Shown one piece after another: positions 20,890 to 31,434 of a DNA stretch of 64,000 nucleotides. Positions within the stretch are counted from its first letter, which is position 1. The number at the start of each line of letters is the position of its first letter. The stretch spans positions 65,080 through 129,079 of the forward strand of contig CAIRUC010000025.1 in the NCBI GenBank assembly GCA_903881665.1. Direction: 5' to 3'. Under the pieces are notes generated by a model, which made no database searches, was not told where the DNA came from, and saw only the letters and a list, made by a program, of their open reading frames with translations. Origin of the DNA: an uncultured Bacteroidota bacterium. Its GTDB lineage: Bacteria; Bacteroidota; Bacteroidia; AKYH767-A; OLB10. The position numbers and the translations under genes are program-made.

Positions 20890-20897
20890 CAAAAATA
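20890..20897 (-). promoter_or_regulatory. Bacteroidota-type -7 promoter box (TATTTTTG) upstream of fbp
   Basis: The reverse complement of CAAAAATA matches the TAnnTTTG consensus perfectly, 36 nt upstream of the fbp ATG. Confidence 0.4.
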
Positions 20898-21033
20898 GGT
20901 TACAGATTACATTTTGCAAATTTTAGAGTCAATAAATATAAGACCAAATTCAATTAAACGCTATTCATAAAATTGTTCAAAATTTACTGTGAAAACAATA
21001 AATATTATAGAGATTTAGCGATAATCTTGTAGT

Positions 21034-22263
21034 ATGAGACCTACTTCATTCCCTAAAGAAAAATTAAAAGTCCTGCTTCTCGAAAATGTACATCCTGCAG
21101 CAGTTAAAATGTTTAAAAACAGTGGATATTCTGACATTGAAATTCATACAGGTTCATTGTCAGAAAAGGAGCTTATGGATAAGATTTCGAAGGCGCATAT
21201 TTTAGGAATTCGTTCTAAAACTATGTTGACTGATACAGTTTTAAAAAAGGCAGAGAAATTACTAGCGGTTGGTGCATTTTGTATTGGCACAAATCAAATT
21301 GACATGAAATCTGCTACTCGTGCAGGAATTGCTGTCTTTAATTCTCCCTTTTCAAACACACGATCTGTGGCAGAACTAGTTATTGGACTTAGCATCATTC
21401 TAATGCGCCGAATTATTGAAAAAAATGATGGTGCCCATAAAGGCTTATGGCTAAAAGAAAGTAGCGGTTGTTTTGAAGTAAGAGGAAAAACACTGGGAAT
21501 CATTGGATATGGCCATATAGGTTCACAGGTATCGGTATTAGCTGAAGCGATGGGCATGAAAGTAATTTTTCATGATGTCGCTTCGAAACAAAGCTTAGGA
21601 AATGCATCACCATGTAGAAGCCTAGATGAATTGCTTAAAACTTCTGATATTATTTCATTACATGTTCCTGGAAATAGTGAAACAAAAAATTTGATCAATA
21701 ATTCTCGCCTTAAAAAGATGAAAAAAGGTGCGATCCTGATCAATCTTAGTCGCGGAGATGTGATGGATGTAAAAGCAGTTAAGGAAGCACTTTTAACGAA
21801 ACAACTTGGCGGACTTGGTGTTGATGTATTCCCGGAAGAACCACAAAGCAATAAAGATGTTTTTTCTTCACCTTTACAAAACATCTCCAATGTAGTTCTT
21901 ACTCCTCATATTGGCGGCAGTACGATGGAAGCACAAGAAGCCATTGGATTAGATGTGGCAGAAAAACTCATTTCATTTACAGAAACAGGTTCAAGCAATG
22001 GGTCTTTAACAGTTCCTGAAATTAGTTTACCATTGTTCAATAATGCTCATCGTATTCTTCATATCCATCATAATGTTCCGGGCGTATTGAGTCAAGTTAA
22101 CGGCGTACTTTCAAAAATGAAAGTAAATATTCTTGGTCAGTATCTTCAGACCAATCGAGAAATTGGGTACGTAGTACTCGATATCGACAAAAAAAGCAGC
22201 GCTAAAGTAATGAGCGAACTCAAAAAAGTAAAAAACACTATTCGAAGTCGCGATTTATATTAA
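21034..22263 (+). CDS. serA: D-3-phosphoglycerate dehydrogenase with C-terminal ACT domain
   Basis: 409 aa with the NAD-binding motif GIIGYGHIGSQV, the 2-hydroxyacid dehydrogenase block LTPHIGGST, and an ACT-like tail (RILHIHHNVPGVLSQVN). Confidence 0.88.
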   Translation: MRPTSFPKEKLKVLLLENVHPAAVKMFKNSGYSDIEIHTGSLSEKELMDKISKAHILGIRSKTMLTDTVLKKAEKLLAVGAFCIGTNQIDMKSATRAGIAVFNSPFSNTRSVAELVIGLSIILMRRIIEKNDGAHKGLWLKESSGCFEVRGKTLGIIGYGHIGSQVSVLAEAMGMKVIFHDVASKQSLGNASPCRSLDELLKTSDIISLHVPGNSETKNLINNSRLKKMKKGAILINLSRGDVMDVKAVKEALLTKQLGGLGVDVFPEEPQSNKDVFSSPLQNISNVVLTPHIGGSTMEAQEAIGLDVAEKLISFTETGSSNGSLTVPEISLPLFNNAHRILHIHHNVPGVLSQVNGVLSKMKVNILGQYLQTNREIGYVVLDIDKKSSAKVMSELKKVKNTIRSRDLY

Positions 22264-22336
22264 GATAAATACAATTTAAAATTAAAAACAAATAAACAAT
22301 TTTTAATAGTTTTATCAAAAAAAATCTCAAACCAGT

Positions 22337-23308
22337 ATGGAAAATAGTAATCAATTAAGCACAGCAAATAAACAACATTACGTATTGTCATTTAATGGAA
22401 ATGGAGGCGAATACTTCGGAATTACAATCGTAAATTTATTGTTAACAGTAATCACATTAGGATTATACTATCCTTGGGCCAAAGCTCGTCAGTTACAATT
22501 CCTTTATGGTTCAACCGAATTTAATGAAAGTCGCTTTGAATTTCATGGCACGGGTGCTGAAATGTTTAAAGGATTTTTAAAAGCGATTCTGATATTCGCA
22601 ATCATTTACGCTACTGTATTTTTGTTTGCCTACCTGAATATGCCATTTGTTGCAATTTCAACAATTTACCTAGGATTGTTTTCGATTATCCCATTAGCAC
22701 TACATGGTAGCTATAAATACAGAATGTCGCGCACCTCGTGGAGAGGAATTAGATTCGGCTACCGTGGAGACAAAGGAGAGCTGTATAAAATATTTTCAAA
22801 AGGTGTATTATTGACCGTCGTAACGATTGGAATATATGGTGCTTGGTTATCGATGAATCTTAGAAACTATATCTTAGGAAAAATAAAATTCGGAAGTGCT
22901 AAATTCAGCTATAACGGTGATGGGGGTATATACTTTTGGATGAATGTGAAAGGATATATACTGACTATTTTAACGCTAGGGGTTTACTTTTTCTGGTGGC
23001 AGAAAGATGTATTCAGTTATTATATCAACAATTTAAAATTAATACATGATGATCAATATATAGACTTTAAGTGCAGCGCAACAGGCGGAGAGTTTTTCGG
23101 ATTACTTGTGGTTAATTTCTTGATTCTGATTTTTACTTTAGGCATAGGTTATCCTTGGATCGTTGCTCGTTCTTTACGCTTTATTTTTTCTAAAGTTGAA
23201 ATTACTGGCAATGTAGCTTTTAACAACTTAATTCAATCAGAAGAAAATTACACAGATGCAACTGGCGATGATATGTCAGACATGCTCGATCTTGGATTTG
23301 TAATTTAA
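22337..23308 (+). CDS. YjgN/DUF898-family polytopic membrane protein
   Basis: 323 aa with repeated modules of two TM helices plus an 'F.F.G.GGEYF' block. It starts FNGNGGEYFGITIVNLLLTVITLGLYYPWAKAR and repeats near the C-terminus as CSATGGEFFGLLVVNFLILIFTLGIGYPW. Confidence 0.65.
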   Translation: MENSNQLSTANKQHYVLSFNGNGGEYFGITIVNLLLTVITLGLYYPWAKARQLQFLYGSTEFNESRFEFHGTGAEMFKGFLKAILIFAIIYATVFLFAYLNMPFVAISTIYLGLFSIIPLALHGSYKYRMSRTSWRGIRFGYRGDKGELYKIFSKGVLLTVVTIGIYGAWLSMNLRNYILGKIKFGSAKFSYNGDGGIYFWMNVKGYILTILTLGVYFFWWQKDVFSYYINNLKLIHDDQYIDFKCSATGGEFFGLLVVNFLILIFTLGIGYPWIVARSLRFIFSKVEITGNVAFNNLIQSEENYTDATGDDMSDMLDLGFVI

Positions 23309-23381
23309 CACCCACTTTAATGAAAAGGATTCTTTTTCTTTACCGTAAAAAAGTGTCATTTTCATCTTTAATTTCTTGAAT

Positions 23382-24452
23382 ATGGATGCTGTATTTTATA
23401 ATGGAGTTAGTGCCCGTCCTATCGATTCGCAAGTATCACTATTAGAAGAAGAGCAGCAGTTATTGATCACTGTAGACGGCGAAACTCCTATTCTAATCGC
23501 ATTTAGCGAAATTGCCATTTCTCACAGCGAAAAAGAAATGATTGTATTATCATTCGGTAAAAACCCAAATCGCATAGTTGAAGTGAAGGATGAATCATTT
23601 CGAAATCAATTTTTAAAATGTAACCATTCTGGCAAAAAAGGAATAACTTATTTCAAACTTATCAATGCAGGATGGAAGGCTCATGCTTTATTTGCTTTAC
23701 TTATTCTTGCAATTTGCCTATGCACATACTTTTATTTCATTCCATTTGTTGCAGAAAGAGCAGTAACTATTTTACCGCTTAGCTTCGATAAAAAAGTGGG
23801 CGACATCGCCTTCGAACAGGCTATAGAAGATGAAGAAATTGATAGTGCGGCGTCAATAATAATGAATACTTATTTGAAATCAATGATGCCAAACGAATAC
23901 AGTAAATATCATTTGAATGTTGTTAAAAGCAATGAATTAAATGCTTTTGCACTTCCTAACGGAGAAATTGTTATTTATACACGCATGTTGAAACAAATTA
24001 AAACCGAGGATGAACTCAGCGGTTTACTATCACATGAAATATCACATGTCACAAACCGACATTCGATGAGATTACTATGCAAAAGTTTATCGGGTTACCT
24101 ATTACTAAGTGTGATGTTGAATGATGTAAATGGCTTAATGACTATGATACTTGACAATGCAAACAACCTTCAACAATTATCATTTTCAAGAGGATACGAA
24201 AAAGAAGCTGATTTATCAGGGTTAGCTATATTGGAACGATATAAAATTAATCCGAAAGGAATGATTCATCTATTTGAAATTCTTCAAAAAGAAAATACCA
24301 CAAACCTACCCGGATTTTTAAGCACACATCCAGTAACTGCAGACAGAATCTTATACATCAAAAACCATATCGAAAATCATCCTTATGCCTTTAACAATCA
24401 TCTCGAATTAACACTTTTGCTCAACAAAGTAAAATCTCAATTATTAAATTGA
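23382..24452 (+). CDS. M48-family zinc metallopeptidase with N-terminal soluble domain and TM segment
   Basis: The HExxH motif is LLSHEISHVTNRH, with a downstream E (GYEKEADLSG). One TM segment is HALFALLILAICLCTYFYFIPF. The ATG at 23382 is preferred over the TTG at 23376. Confidence 0.8.
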   Translation: MDAVFYNGVSARPIDSQVSLLEEEQQLLITVDGETPILIAFSEIAISHSEKEMIVLSFGKNPNRIVEVKDESFRNQFLKCNHSGKKGITYFKLINAGWKAHALFALLILAICLCTYFYFIPFVAERAVTILPLSFDKKVGDIAFEQAIEDEEIDSAASIIMNTYLKSMMPNEYSKYHLNVVKSNELNAFALPNGEIVIYTRMLKQIKTEDELSGLLSHEISHVTNRHSMRLLCKSLSGYLLLSVMLNDVNGLMTMILDNANNLQQLSFSRGYEKEADLSGLAILERYKINPKGMIHLFEILQKENTTNLPGFLSTHPVTADRILYIKNHIENHPYAFNNHLELTLLLNKVKSQLLN

Positions 24453-24607
24453 GGATACTAAAAATGAAGAAGAAGTGTATTTAATCAATTTATAAGATGA
24501 AAAAGCCGCAATAATAAATTTACACGAATTTTAGATTCCGATGGAAATAAAATAGAACTTTGCCCATTATTAAAAAAGGATTCATAGGCGAAAAGCAAAA
24601 AAATATC

Positions 24608-24811
24608 ATGACGAAAAAGAGATTATATTTTTGGATAATATACCTGGCAATTGTTACCGGCATTTCTGCAGGACTCAAACACTTGCAAACGTATACTGAT
24701 TTTCTGCGCGATGACCCTATGAAGATTATTGGCTGGCTCGTTTATGGTATCGTTTTAATTGTGGGTTATCGTTATTTGGTTTTAATTCCAAGAAACAATG
24801 AAGATCAATAA
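24608..24811 (+). CDS. small two-TM membrane protein (hypothetical)
   Basis: 67 aa from the ATG at 24608 (MTKKRLYFWIIYLAIVTGISAG...IIGWLVYGIVLIVGYRYLVLI). It overlaps the next gene by 14 nt. Confidence 0.45.
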   Translation: MTKKRLYFWIIYLAIVTGISAGLKHLQTYTDFLRDDPMKIIGWLVYGIVLIVGYRYLVLIPRNNEDQ

Positions 24812-26471
24812 ACTATTATTACTAATAGTAAGTATCGGTTTTTTATCCTGTAATTCGTCGTTCGACAAAAAGTCATTGGCACAATTTGATTGGATTGAAT
24901 ATACTTGGCAATGCAAATCAGGAAACATGATATTTTACGAGCAATGGAATAAGGTTAACGAATACACTTTAAAGGGGATTAACTTTAGTATTTGTAACGG
25001 AAAAATTACTGAGAACGACAGCTTATTTATTGAATTAATCGACAACGAAATTGAATATCGTTCTGGAAAATCGAAATGGTTACTTGAATCCGTTTATGAT
25101 AATTCTTTTCGATTTGCGAACCACGACTTTGGCGAAGAAATAAAATATGTATTCGATAAAAAAAATGGGGCTAACATACAATTAACTTTTCCCAATAAAA
25201 ATGTTAGTTATTCAATGACACGCATTGATTTACCTAGTTTCCTGAAGTCCGTTAATATTGAAGGCGATTATCATGGATCTGTAACTATTAACAACAAACC
25301 CGAACTCTTTAGTTTGTCATTCATTCACGAGGAATCTAAAACGCGCGCATACATTACCACTGCAGATAGTTCTATTGTTCATCAAGAAGCAACATCTTGC
25401 TGTATGAACGCATCAAATTCAACATTAACATTTTTCAATAACAATAACCCCTTTTCATTACAATTTGAGATAATCAACAACCAGCTTAAAGGATCGTTGA
25501 TCAATACTACTATTTATCCGTTTAAGCTTGAAAAGTCAATTTCAACTTTTACCAAATCGCAAAGCATAATAAAAACTACTTCTCATGCTGCAATGGGTAA
25601 TGTCGAATATCATTCATTCATCCCTTCAGGTAGAAAAATAAAAAATGCACTTTTAATAATTGGTGAAGCAAACATTAATGGCCTCGATGGATATAACGCA
25701 ATTGCCTATAAAGCCGCTAAACAAGGAATAGCTGTTTACACTTACAAACAAAACTATTTATCAAGTGCTAAATCGTACTATGATGAATTATACACAGATT
25801 ATAATAAAGCAGCAATAGAAGCGGAAGAAATTGTAAACGAAATAAAAAAAGAAAAGCTTCCCATAACTATAATGGCTTTCGGCGTTGGGAATTTTGTTGC
25901 TGATCAATTAATCAATAAAAATGCATTCATAAAAAACATAATTGCAGTTTCTCCTCCATGCACAACTTTTCAATCGCTAATTACAACTGAATCGCTCCGG
26001 AATTTGTACATGAGAAATACAAAAGCAGAATCAGCTGAATCCTGTAAAGAAGTTTGGAATGCAATTTATGTTTACCTAAATACAGGTAAAGAGGGAATGC
26101 AAGTTCAAAAAGCAATTGACAATGCTTGGCAGGAAGGATGGGGTTCATGTTGTTTACCTCAAGAATTGCCAAATGAGCAGACATTAAAAAAATATCCTTT
26201 AGCCAAAAATATGAATGCTAATTTTTTGATCAACAGAAGTAGTTTCAATATTCCAGTAATTGCATTGTTCGGAGAAAAAGATGTGATAATGAACGTAAAA
26301 GAAAATGCAGAAGCTCTAGATCAACAATTCACTACTAAAAAATCTCTTTTACAAATACGGATCTATGGAGATGCGGATCATCATTTGGAAAGCACTAATA
26401 TGCAAAGTACTTCGTTCGGTAAATCGTTTAGCCCGGAACTCGAAAACGATATATGGAAATTATTTAAGTAG
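24798..26471 (+). CDS. lipoprotein with N-terminal beta-rich domain and C-terminal alpha/beta-hydrolase-like fold (hypothetical)
   Basis: 557 aa with a lipobox-like signal (LLLIVSIGFLSC). The C-terminal half has hydrolase-like blocks ALLIIGEANINGLDGYN, ITIMAFGVGNFVADQ, VIALFGEKDVIMN and YGDADHHL. Confidence 0.45.
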   Translation: MKINKLLLLIVSIGFLSCNSSFDKKSLAQFDWIEYTWQCKSGNMIFYEQWNKVNEYTLKGINFSICNGKITENDSLFIELIDNEIEYRSGKSKWLLESVYDNSFRFANHDFGEEIKYVFDKKNGANIQLTFPNKNVSYSMTRIDLPSFLKSVNIEGDYHGSVTINNKPELFSLSFIHEESKTRAYITTADSSIVHQEATSCCMNASNSTLTFFNNNNPFSLQFEIINNQLKGSLINTTIYPFKLEKSISTFTKSQSIIKTTSHAAMGNVEYHSFIPSGRKIKNALLIIGEANINGLDGYNAIAYKAAKQGIAVYTYKQNYLSSAKSYYDELYTDYNKAAIEAEEIVNEIKKEKLPITIMAFGVGNFVADQLINKNAFIKNIIAVSPPCTTFQSLITTESLRNLYMRNTKAESAESCKEVWNAIYVYLNTGKEGMQVQKAIDNAWQEGWGSCCLPQELPNEQTLKKYPLAKNMNANFLINRSSFNIPVIALFGEKDVIMNVKENAEALDQQFTTKKSLLQIRIYGDADHHLESTNMQSTSFGKSFSPELENDIWKLFK

Positions 26472-26508
26472 TAGTCTCCAACGAATCAGCCAACCCAAAA
26501 GCATCTGA

Positions 26509-27243
26509 TTAGTTTAATTGATCGAGGTATTTTTTAATTGTCGATTCCAATCCGTAGTAAAGCGCATCACTAATGAGGGCATGTCCAATACTCACCTCTA
26601 ATAAACCCGGAATTTGCTGAACAAAATAGTGTAAGTTTTCGAGGGTTAAATCGTGTCCGGCATTTAACCCCAACCCCACTCTATTCGCCGTTTTAGCCGC
26701 CTCCACAAATGGAGCAATTGCCGATTCTCGATCCTGATTATATTCAGAGGCGTATGATTCTGTATATAATTCAACACGATCGCAGCCCGTTGCTGCTGCA
26801 TGCTCAATCATGCGCGGATCGGCGCCAATAAAAAGAGAAACCCGTATGCCATTCGATTTAAGAACAGCGACTACATCCTTTAAAAAATCCTTGTTTTTGA
26901 CCGTATCCCAACCGGCATTTGACGTAAGTACATGAGGCGGATCGGGAACTAAAGTGACTTGTTGAGGTTTCACCTGAAAACATAAATCGAGAAAATCCTG
27001 TTGCGGATATCCTTCAATATTAAATTCGGTGGTCAATACTTTTGATAAATCAATAACATCAGAAAAACGAATATGCCGTCCATCAGGACGCGGATGCACC
27101 GTAATACCATGAGCGCCAAATTTTTCGATATTCAAAGCGGCCTCTACTACATTGGGGATTATGCCTCCACGGGCATTTCGAATAGTTGCTATTTTATTGA
27201 TGTTAACACTAAGTTTTGTCACAGGATAATAAGTTTTTAACAT
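26509..27243 (-). CDS. pdxJ: pyridoxine 5'-phosphate synthase PdxJ
   Basis: 244 aa with [17 protein letters not shown] at the N-terminus, then HPRPDGRHI and GLNAGHDL blocks. Confidence 0.92.
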   Translation of the reverse strand: MLKTYYPVTKLSVNINKIATIRNARGGIIPNVVEAALNIEKFGAHGITVHPRPDGRHIRFSDVIDLSKVLTTEFNIEGYPQQDFLDLCFQVKPQQVTLVPDPPHVLTSNAGWDTVKNKDFLKDVVAVLKSNGIRVSLFIGADPRMIEHAAATGCDRVELYTESYASEYNQDRESAIAPFVEAAKTANRVGLGLNAGHDLTLENLHYFVQQIPGLLEVSIGHALISDALYYGLESTIKKYLDQLN

Positions 27244-27317
27244 GGCAAATACTATTTACGGATCTATTCGTTAATAACTATCAACAGAAAAAAGCCCCTT
27301 GGGTGTTGCGAAAGTAC

Positions 27318-27325
27318 TATGTTTG
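27318..27325 (+). promoter_or_regulatory. Bacteroidota-type -7 box (TATGTTTG) upstream of the CBS-domain gene
   Basis: Perfect TAnnTTTG match 48 nt upstream of the ATG at 27373, in the divergent pdxJ/CBS intergenic region. Confidence 0.4.
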
Positions 27326-27372
27326 CGATGAATCAGAACCATAATGCGGAAAAATCCGTATGAAAAGACACT

Positions 27373-28035
27373 ATGTTTGCTGCTAGATTAATAAGAGATA
27401 ACGTTCCGCCCTTAAAACCGGGCGATACTTGTGGTCGTGCTTTGATGTGGATGGATGAGTTGCGTGTAAATGCACTTCCTGTTATTAGCGGTCGTGAATA
27501 CCTCGGCTTAATTAATAAAATCGACGTTACAAATCCCGCTTTTACCAATACGACCATTAAGGATTCAGGAATTCATTTAAACCGGGTTTTTGTTTACGAA
27601 AACGAACATGTATACGAACTAACCAAAGTAGCTTCACTACATAAACTGGACTTAGTACCTGTTGTTACTAATGAAGAAGAATATGCAGGACTAGTTACTG
27701 TGAACGATCTTGTTGCTTATTTTGCAGAAAGCAAGAGCGTTTATATGCCAGGAGGAATTATTATTCTCGAGATGGGCTTTAAAGATTATTCGATGAGTCA
27801 AATTGCTCAGATAATCGAATCTGACGGAGCTCATATGTTAAGTGCGAGCGTTTCATCAACTCCCGATCCTCAGAAAATTGAATTAACGATTAAGGTAGAT
27901 ATCATAGATTTAACTAGAATTTTAGCATCCTTCTATCGCTATAACTACCATGTTGTGGCTTCGTATCATCAAAGCGAGCACAATGAAGACCTTAAAAATC
28001 GATTTGACTCATTGATGCATTACCTAAATATGTAA
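27373..28035 (+). CDS. CBS-domain pair protein
   Basis: 220 aa. Two CBS-like units are visible (ALPVISGREYLGLINKIDV and LVPVVTNEEEYAGLVTVNDLV). It occupies the conserved position between pdxJ and nadK. Confidence 0.65.
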   Translation: MFAARLIRDNVPPLKPGDTCGRALMWMDELRVNALPVISGREYLGLINKIDVTNPAFTNTTIKDSGIHLNRVFVYENEHVYELTKVASLHKLDLVPVVTNEEEYAGLVTVNDLVAYFAESKSVYMPGGIIILEMGFKDYSMSQIAQIIESDGAHMLSASVSSTPDPQKIELTIKVDIIDLTRILASFYRYNYHVVASYHQSEHNEDLKNRFDSLMHYLNM

Positions 28036-28062
28036 TCAGTAATCAGGCAAAACCGAATCCTG

Positions 28063-29478
28063 ATGGGTAAAAAAATACAACTGTACTTATTGTTACTTTT
28101 TGTCCTAAGCTCGCTTACGAGCTTAGGACAAAACTTTAGCGATAGTTTGGTAAATAGCGAAAGTATTATTGATCGCATTATCATTACGGGTAACCATAAA
28201 ACTAAAGAGAATATTATTACTCGTGAATTAACGTTTCACGAAGGAGATACATTATCTAAATATGTTTTAGAAGCTTCAATAGAAAAAAGCCGTGAAAACC
28301 TCATGAATATCGGCTTATTTAATTTCGTTGACATAAAATATTTTCAAGGCATAGGCGAGCATACAGATGTGCATATTGAAGTCATCGAACGCTGGTATTT
28401 ATGGCCGATGCCGATTTTCGAAATTGCCGATCGTAATTTCAATGAATGGTTCAGCAAGAAAGATTTAAGTCGTACGAATTACGGAATGTATGTTCGACAA
28501 GAAAATTTCCGCGGACGAGATGAAATCCTTCAAGTACAAATCTTACTAGGGTATTCGCAGCGCCTCGGTCTTTCATATTCGATTCCTTATATAAACCGAA
28601 AGCAAAATCTCGGATTTACTGCCGGTGTTTTCACTACGCGAAATCATGAAATTGCTTATAATACATTTCAAAATAAATTACTTTTTTATAAAGATCCTGA
28701 GCAATTTGTTAGAAAAGATCTTTCTGCGTTTGTAAGAGTTTCAAAACGAAATGGATTATATCAATATTTCAATACTACTTTCGAATACAAAAAAGTATCC
28801 ACTATTGATACCGTTCTAGCAATGAATAACGACTTTTTTGTTGACGGAAAAACACAGCAACAATACTTATCGATTAGCTGGAATTTTCGTCTTGACAAAC
28901 GTGATTACCAATCCTACGCTCAACGTGGATATTTAGTCGAAGCTGATATTTATAAAACAGGTTTTGGCTTATTAAAAAACGAGCCTCATCTCATTGGATT
29001 ATCATTTGGGGTTAGAAAATATCAACCCATCGCTCAACGATTTAATCTTTCCGGAATGCTGAAAGGACGAGTTGTACAAAGAGATAACGCTCCTTATTCT
29101 AATCAACGCGCATTAGGCTATAGCAATGATTATATTAGAGGGTATGATTATTATGTTATGAACGGACAAAATTTTGCCCTTTTTCGCTCAAACTTTAAAT
29201 ACACTTTAATGTGCAACAAAGTGTTTAAGGCCCCGATCATTCACTCCGATAAGTTTAAATTAATACCGGTATCGATGTACCTAAATGCGTTTTTTGATGC
29301 AGGATATGTAGCCGACCGGCAATATGCTGAATTCAACCCATTAAATAATTCATGGCAATACGGTTATGGGATTGGATACGATTACGTAACCTATTACGAC
29401 CTTGTTTTCAGATTAGAATTTGCAATTAACCGACTTCATGAAAAAGGATTATTCTTCCATGTAGGAACATCCTTCTGA
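28063..29478 (+). CDS. Omp85-family outer-membrane protein with a single POTRA-like domain
   Basis: 471 aa with a signal peptide and a POTRA-like stretch IIITGNHKTKENIITRELTFHEGDTL. It has the loop-6 motif YIRGYD and a C-terminal aromatic end ...GLFFHVGTSF. Confidence 0.7.
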   Translation: MGKKIQLYLLLLFVLSSLTSLGQNFSDSLVNSESIIDRIIITGNHKTKENIITRELTFHEGDTLSKYVLEASIEKSRENLMNIGLFNFVDIKYFQGIGEHTDVHIEVIERWYLWPMPIFEIADRNFNEWFSKKDLSRTNYGMYVRQENFRGRDEILQVQILLGYSQRLGLSYSIPYINRKQNLGFTAGVFTTRNHEIAYNTFQNKLLFYKDPEQFVRKDLSAFVRVSKRNGLYQYFNTTFEYKKVSTIDTVLAMNNDFFVDGKTQQQYLSISWNFRLDKRDYQSYAQRGYLVEADIYKTGFGLLKNEPHLIGLSFGVRKYQPIAQRFNLSGMLKGRVVQRDNAPYSNQRALGYSNDYIRGYDYYVMNGQNFALFRSNFKYTLMCNKVFKAPIIHSDKFKLIPVSMYLNAFFDAGYVADRQYAEFNPLNNSWQYGYGIGYDYVTYYDLVFRLEFAINRLHEKGLFFHVGTSF

Positions 29479-29531
29479 AAAACCATAGCTTAAATGCCGC
29501 AATTAATGTATTTTTACATCAAATTGACTGA

Positions 29532-30410
29532 ATGAAAATTGCCCTCTACGCTCGTCAGGTATCTGAGTCACATCACCCCTTTATTGCAAGGCTGTTTGAT
29601 GAATTGATAAAGCACTCTTGCCGACTGATTATCTATCAACCATTTTATAATCAAGTAAAGCACCTACTTCCCGATAAAGGGAAATTCGATATTTATAATT
29701 CAGGATCTGAAATTCGCGGCGAAGTAGATTTCATGTTCAGTATTGGTGGCGATGGCACTATCCTCGATACGGTAACGCAAATTCAAGACAGCGGGATACC
29801 GGTACTAGGAATTAATATAGGCCGCCTAGGATTCCTTTCAAGTATTGCTGCTGAAGAAATCGCAGGGGCTATAGAAAGCTTAATGAAAGGTCATTTTTCT
29901 CTCGACAAACGTCGACTCCTTCGTCTAGAATCGAACGTACAAATATTTGGAGAAGCCAATTATGCCCTCAATGAACTGACTATCCATAAAAAAGATAGTT
30001 CAAGTATGATCATAATAAACACCTACCTCAACGGCGAATACCTGAATTCGTATTGGGCTGATGGTCTAATTATCGCAACACCAACTGGATCTACAGGATA
30101 TTCACTCAGCTGCGGCGGACCAATCGTTGCACCTTATTCCGGCAACTTCGTCATTACCCCAATAGCACCCCACAACCTAAATGTTCGACCTATTGTTGTT
30201 TCTGATGAAAATGTAATTTCACTCGAAGTGCAAGGAAGATCACAGTATTTCTTAGCATCCCTCGATTCAAGATCGGTAACCATCGACTCAGCTATTTCAT
30301 TAGCTGTCCGACGTGCCGAATTCACTATAAATTTAGTAAGAATGGGCAACGATAACTTCCTCGACACCCTCCGTAAAAAATTAAATTGGGGCCTCGATAC
30401 AAGAAATTGA
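29532..30410 (+). CDS. nadK: NAD+ kinase
   Basis: 292 aa with the GGDGT motif (SIGGDGTILD) and the NE/TPTGSTGY block (IATPTGSTGYSLS). Confidence 0.92.
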   Translation: MKIALYARQVSESHHPFIARLFDELIKHSCRLIIYQPFYNQVKHLLPDKGKFDIYNSGSEIRGEVDFMFSIGGDGTILDTVTQIQDSGIPVLGINIGRLGFLSSIAAEEIAGAIESLMKGHFSLDKRRLLRLESNVQIFGEANYALNELTIHKKDSSSMIIINTYLNGEYLNSYWADGLIIATPTGSTGYSLSCGGPIVAPYSGNFVITPIAPHNLNVRPIVVSDENVISLEVQGRSQYFLASLDSRSVTIDSAISLAVRRAEFTINLVRMGNDNFLDTLRKKLNWGLDTRN

Positions 30411-30462
30411 GATTTTTACAGCGAAAATTCAACTTTGTATGTATCTAATTCGTGTAAAATAT

Positions 30463-30470
30463 TACTTTTG
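30463..30470 (+). promoter_or_regulatory. Bacteroidota-type -7 box (TACTTTTG)
   Basis: Perfect TAnnTTTG match 24 nt upstream of the ATG at 30494. Confidence 0.45.
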
Positions 30471-30493
30471 TGCTAAGGCCTGATTGTTACCCT

Positions 30494-31399
30494 ATGAAAA
30501 AGAACTTATTAGCAATTTTATTTATATTACTACTGTCCTCATCAGTTACTGAAGCTCAACGACTTAGAGCTCGCTGGAGAGCTTACCGTTATGAATGGAG
30601 CGCAGGAATCGGAGCGACCAACTTTCTTGGTGAATTAGGAGGGGCGAATCAAATTGGTACCGACGGCTTCAAAGATTTGGAAATTAGCACTACAAGACCT
30701 GCTTTGTCTTTAGGGCTTCGGTACAAAATTAGCCCTGGAATCGCCATTCATTCACACTTAACTTATGGGCAAGTTAGAGGTGACGATAAATTAACGACGG
30801 AGCAATTCAGAAAAAACAGGAATCTGAACTTTAAGTCAAATATTTTCGAATTCAATGCAAATTTCGAGCTCGCATTATTGTCTTCTCGTGAAGGTGGTAT
30901 TTATCGTTTACGTGGCGTAAAAAGAAATAGTACTTTTGAAGCTTCCATGTATGTTTTTGCAGGAATCGGAGTTTTCCATTTTAACCCAAAAGGAGAGCTA
31001 AATAAGAAGTGGTATGAGCTACAACCCTTAGGCACTGAAGGGCAGGGCATTTCACCAGCACGATCAAAATACAAGCGAACACAGATATGCATTCCTATCG
31101 GATTCGGAGGGAGATATTTCTTCAGCCGTCGTTGGGGAGTCGGAGTTGAGTTAGGAATCCGAAAAACATTTACTGACTATATTGATGATGTTAGTAAAAC
31201 ATATTACGACAATACAGCTATCTCTCAAGCAAACGGACCTGACGCAGCAGCTTTAGCTGATCCCTCAATTCTTGAATATCCGGTAGGAAACGTAGGTTCA
31301 CAAAGAGGTGACCCTAGCGACAAAGATGCGTACATGTTCATGATTTTTAGTCTCCATTATAAACTTAGAACCGGCAGAAGCAACTTCCCAATTTTTTAA
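30494..31399 (+). CDS. DUF6089-like outer-membrane beta-barrel protein (paralog 1)
   Basis: Signal peptide from the ATG at 30494 (MKKNLLAILFILLLSSSVTEAQ). It shares blocks with two other ORFs in the window: NRNLNFKSNIFE, FHFNPKG, ELQPLGTEGQG and TDYIDDVS. Confidence 0.6.
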   Translation: MKKNLLAILFILLLSSSVTEAQRLRARWRAYRYEWSAGIGATNFLGELGGANQIGTDGFKDLEISTTRPALSLGLRYKISPGIAIHSHLTYGQVRGDDKLTTEQFRKNRNLNFKSNIFEFNANFELALLSSREGGIYRLRGVKRNSTFEASMYVFAGIGVFHFNPKGELNKKWYELQPLGTEGQGISPARSKYKRTQICIPIGFGGRYFFSRRWGVGVELGIRKTFTDYIDDVSKTYYDNTAISQANGPDAAALADPSILEYPVGNVGSQRGDPSDKDAYMFMIFSLHYKLRTGRSNFPIF

Positions 31400-31434
31400 T
31401 AGGTTTTGCGACTGGTTTTCGGCAATATACTGCT

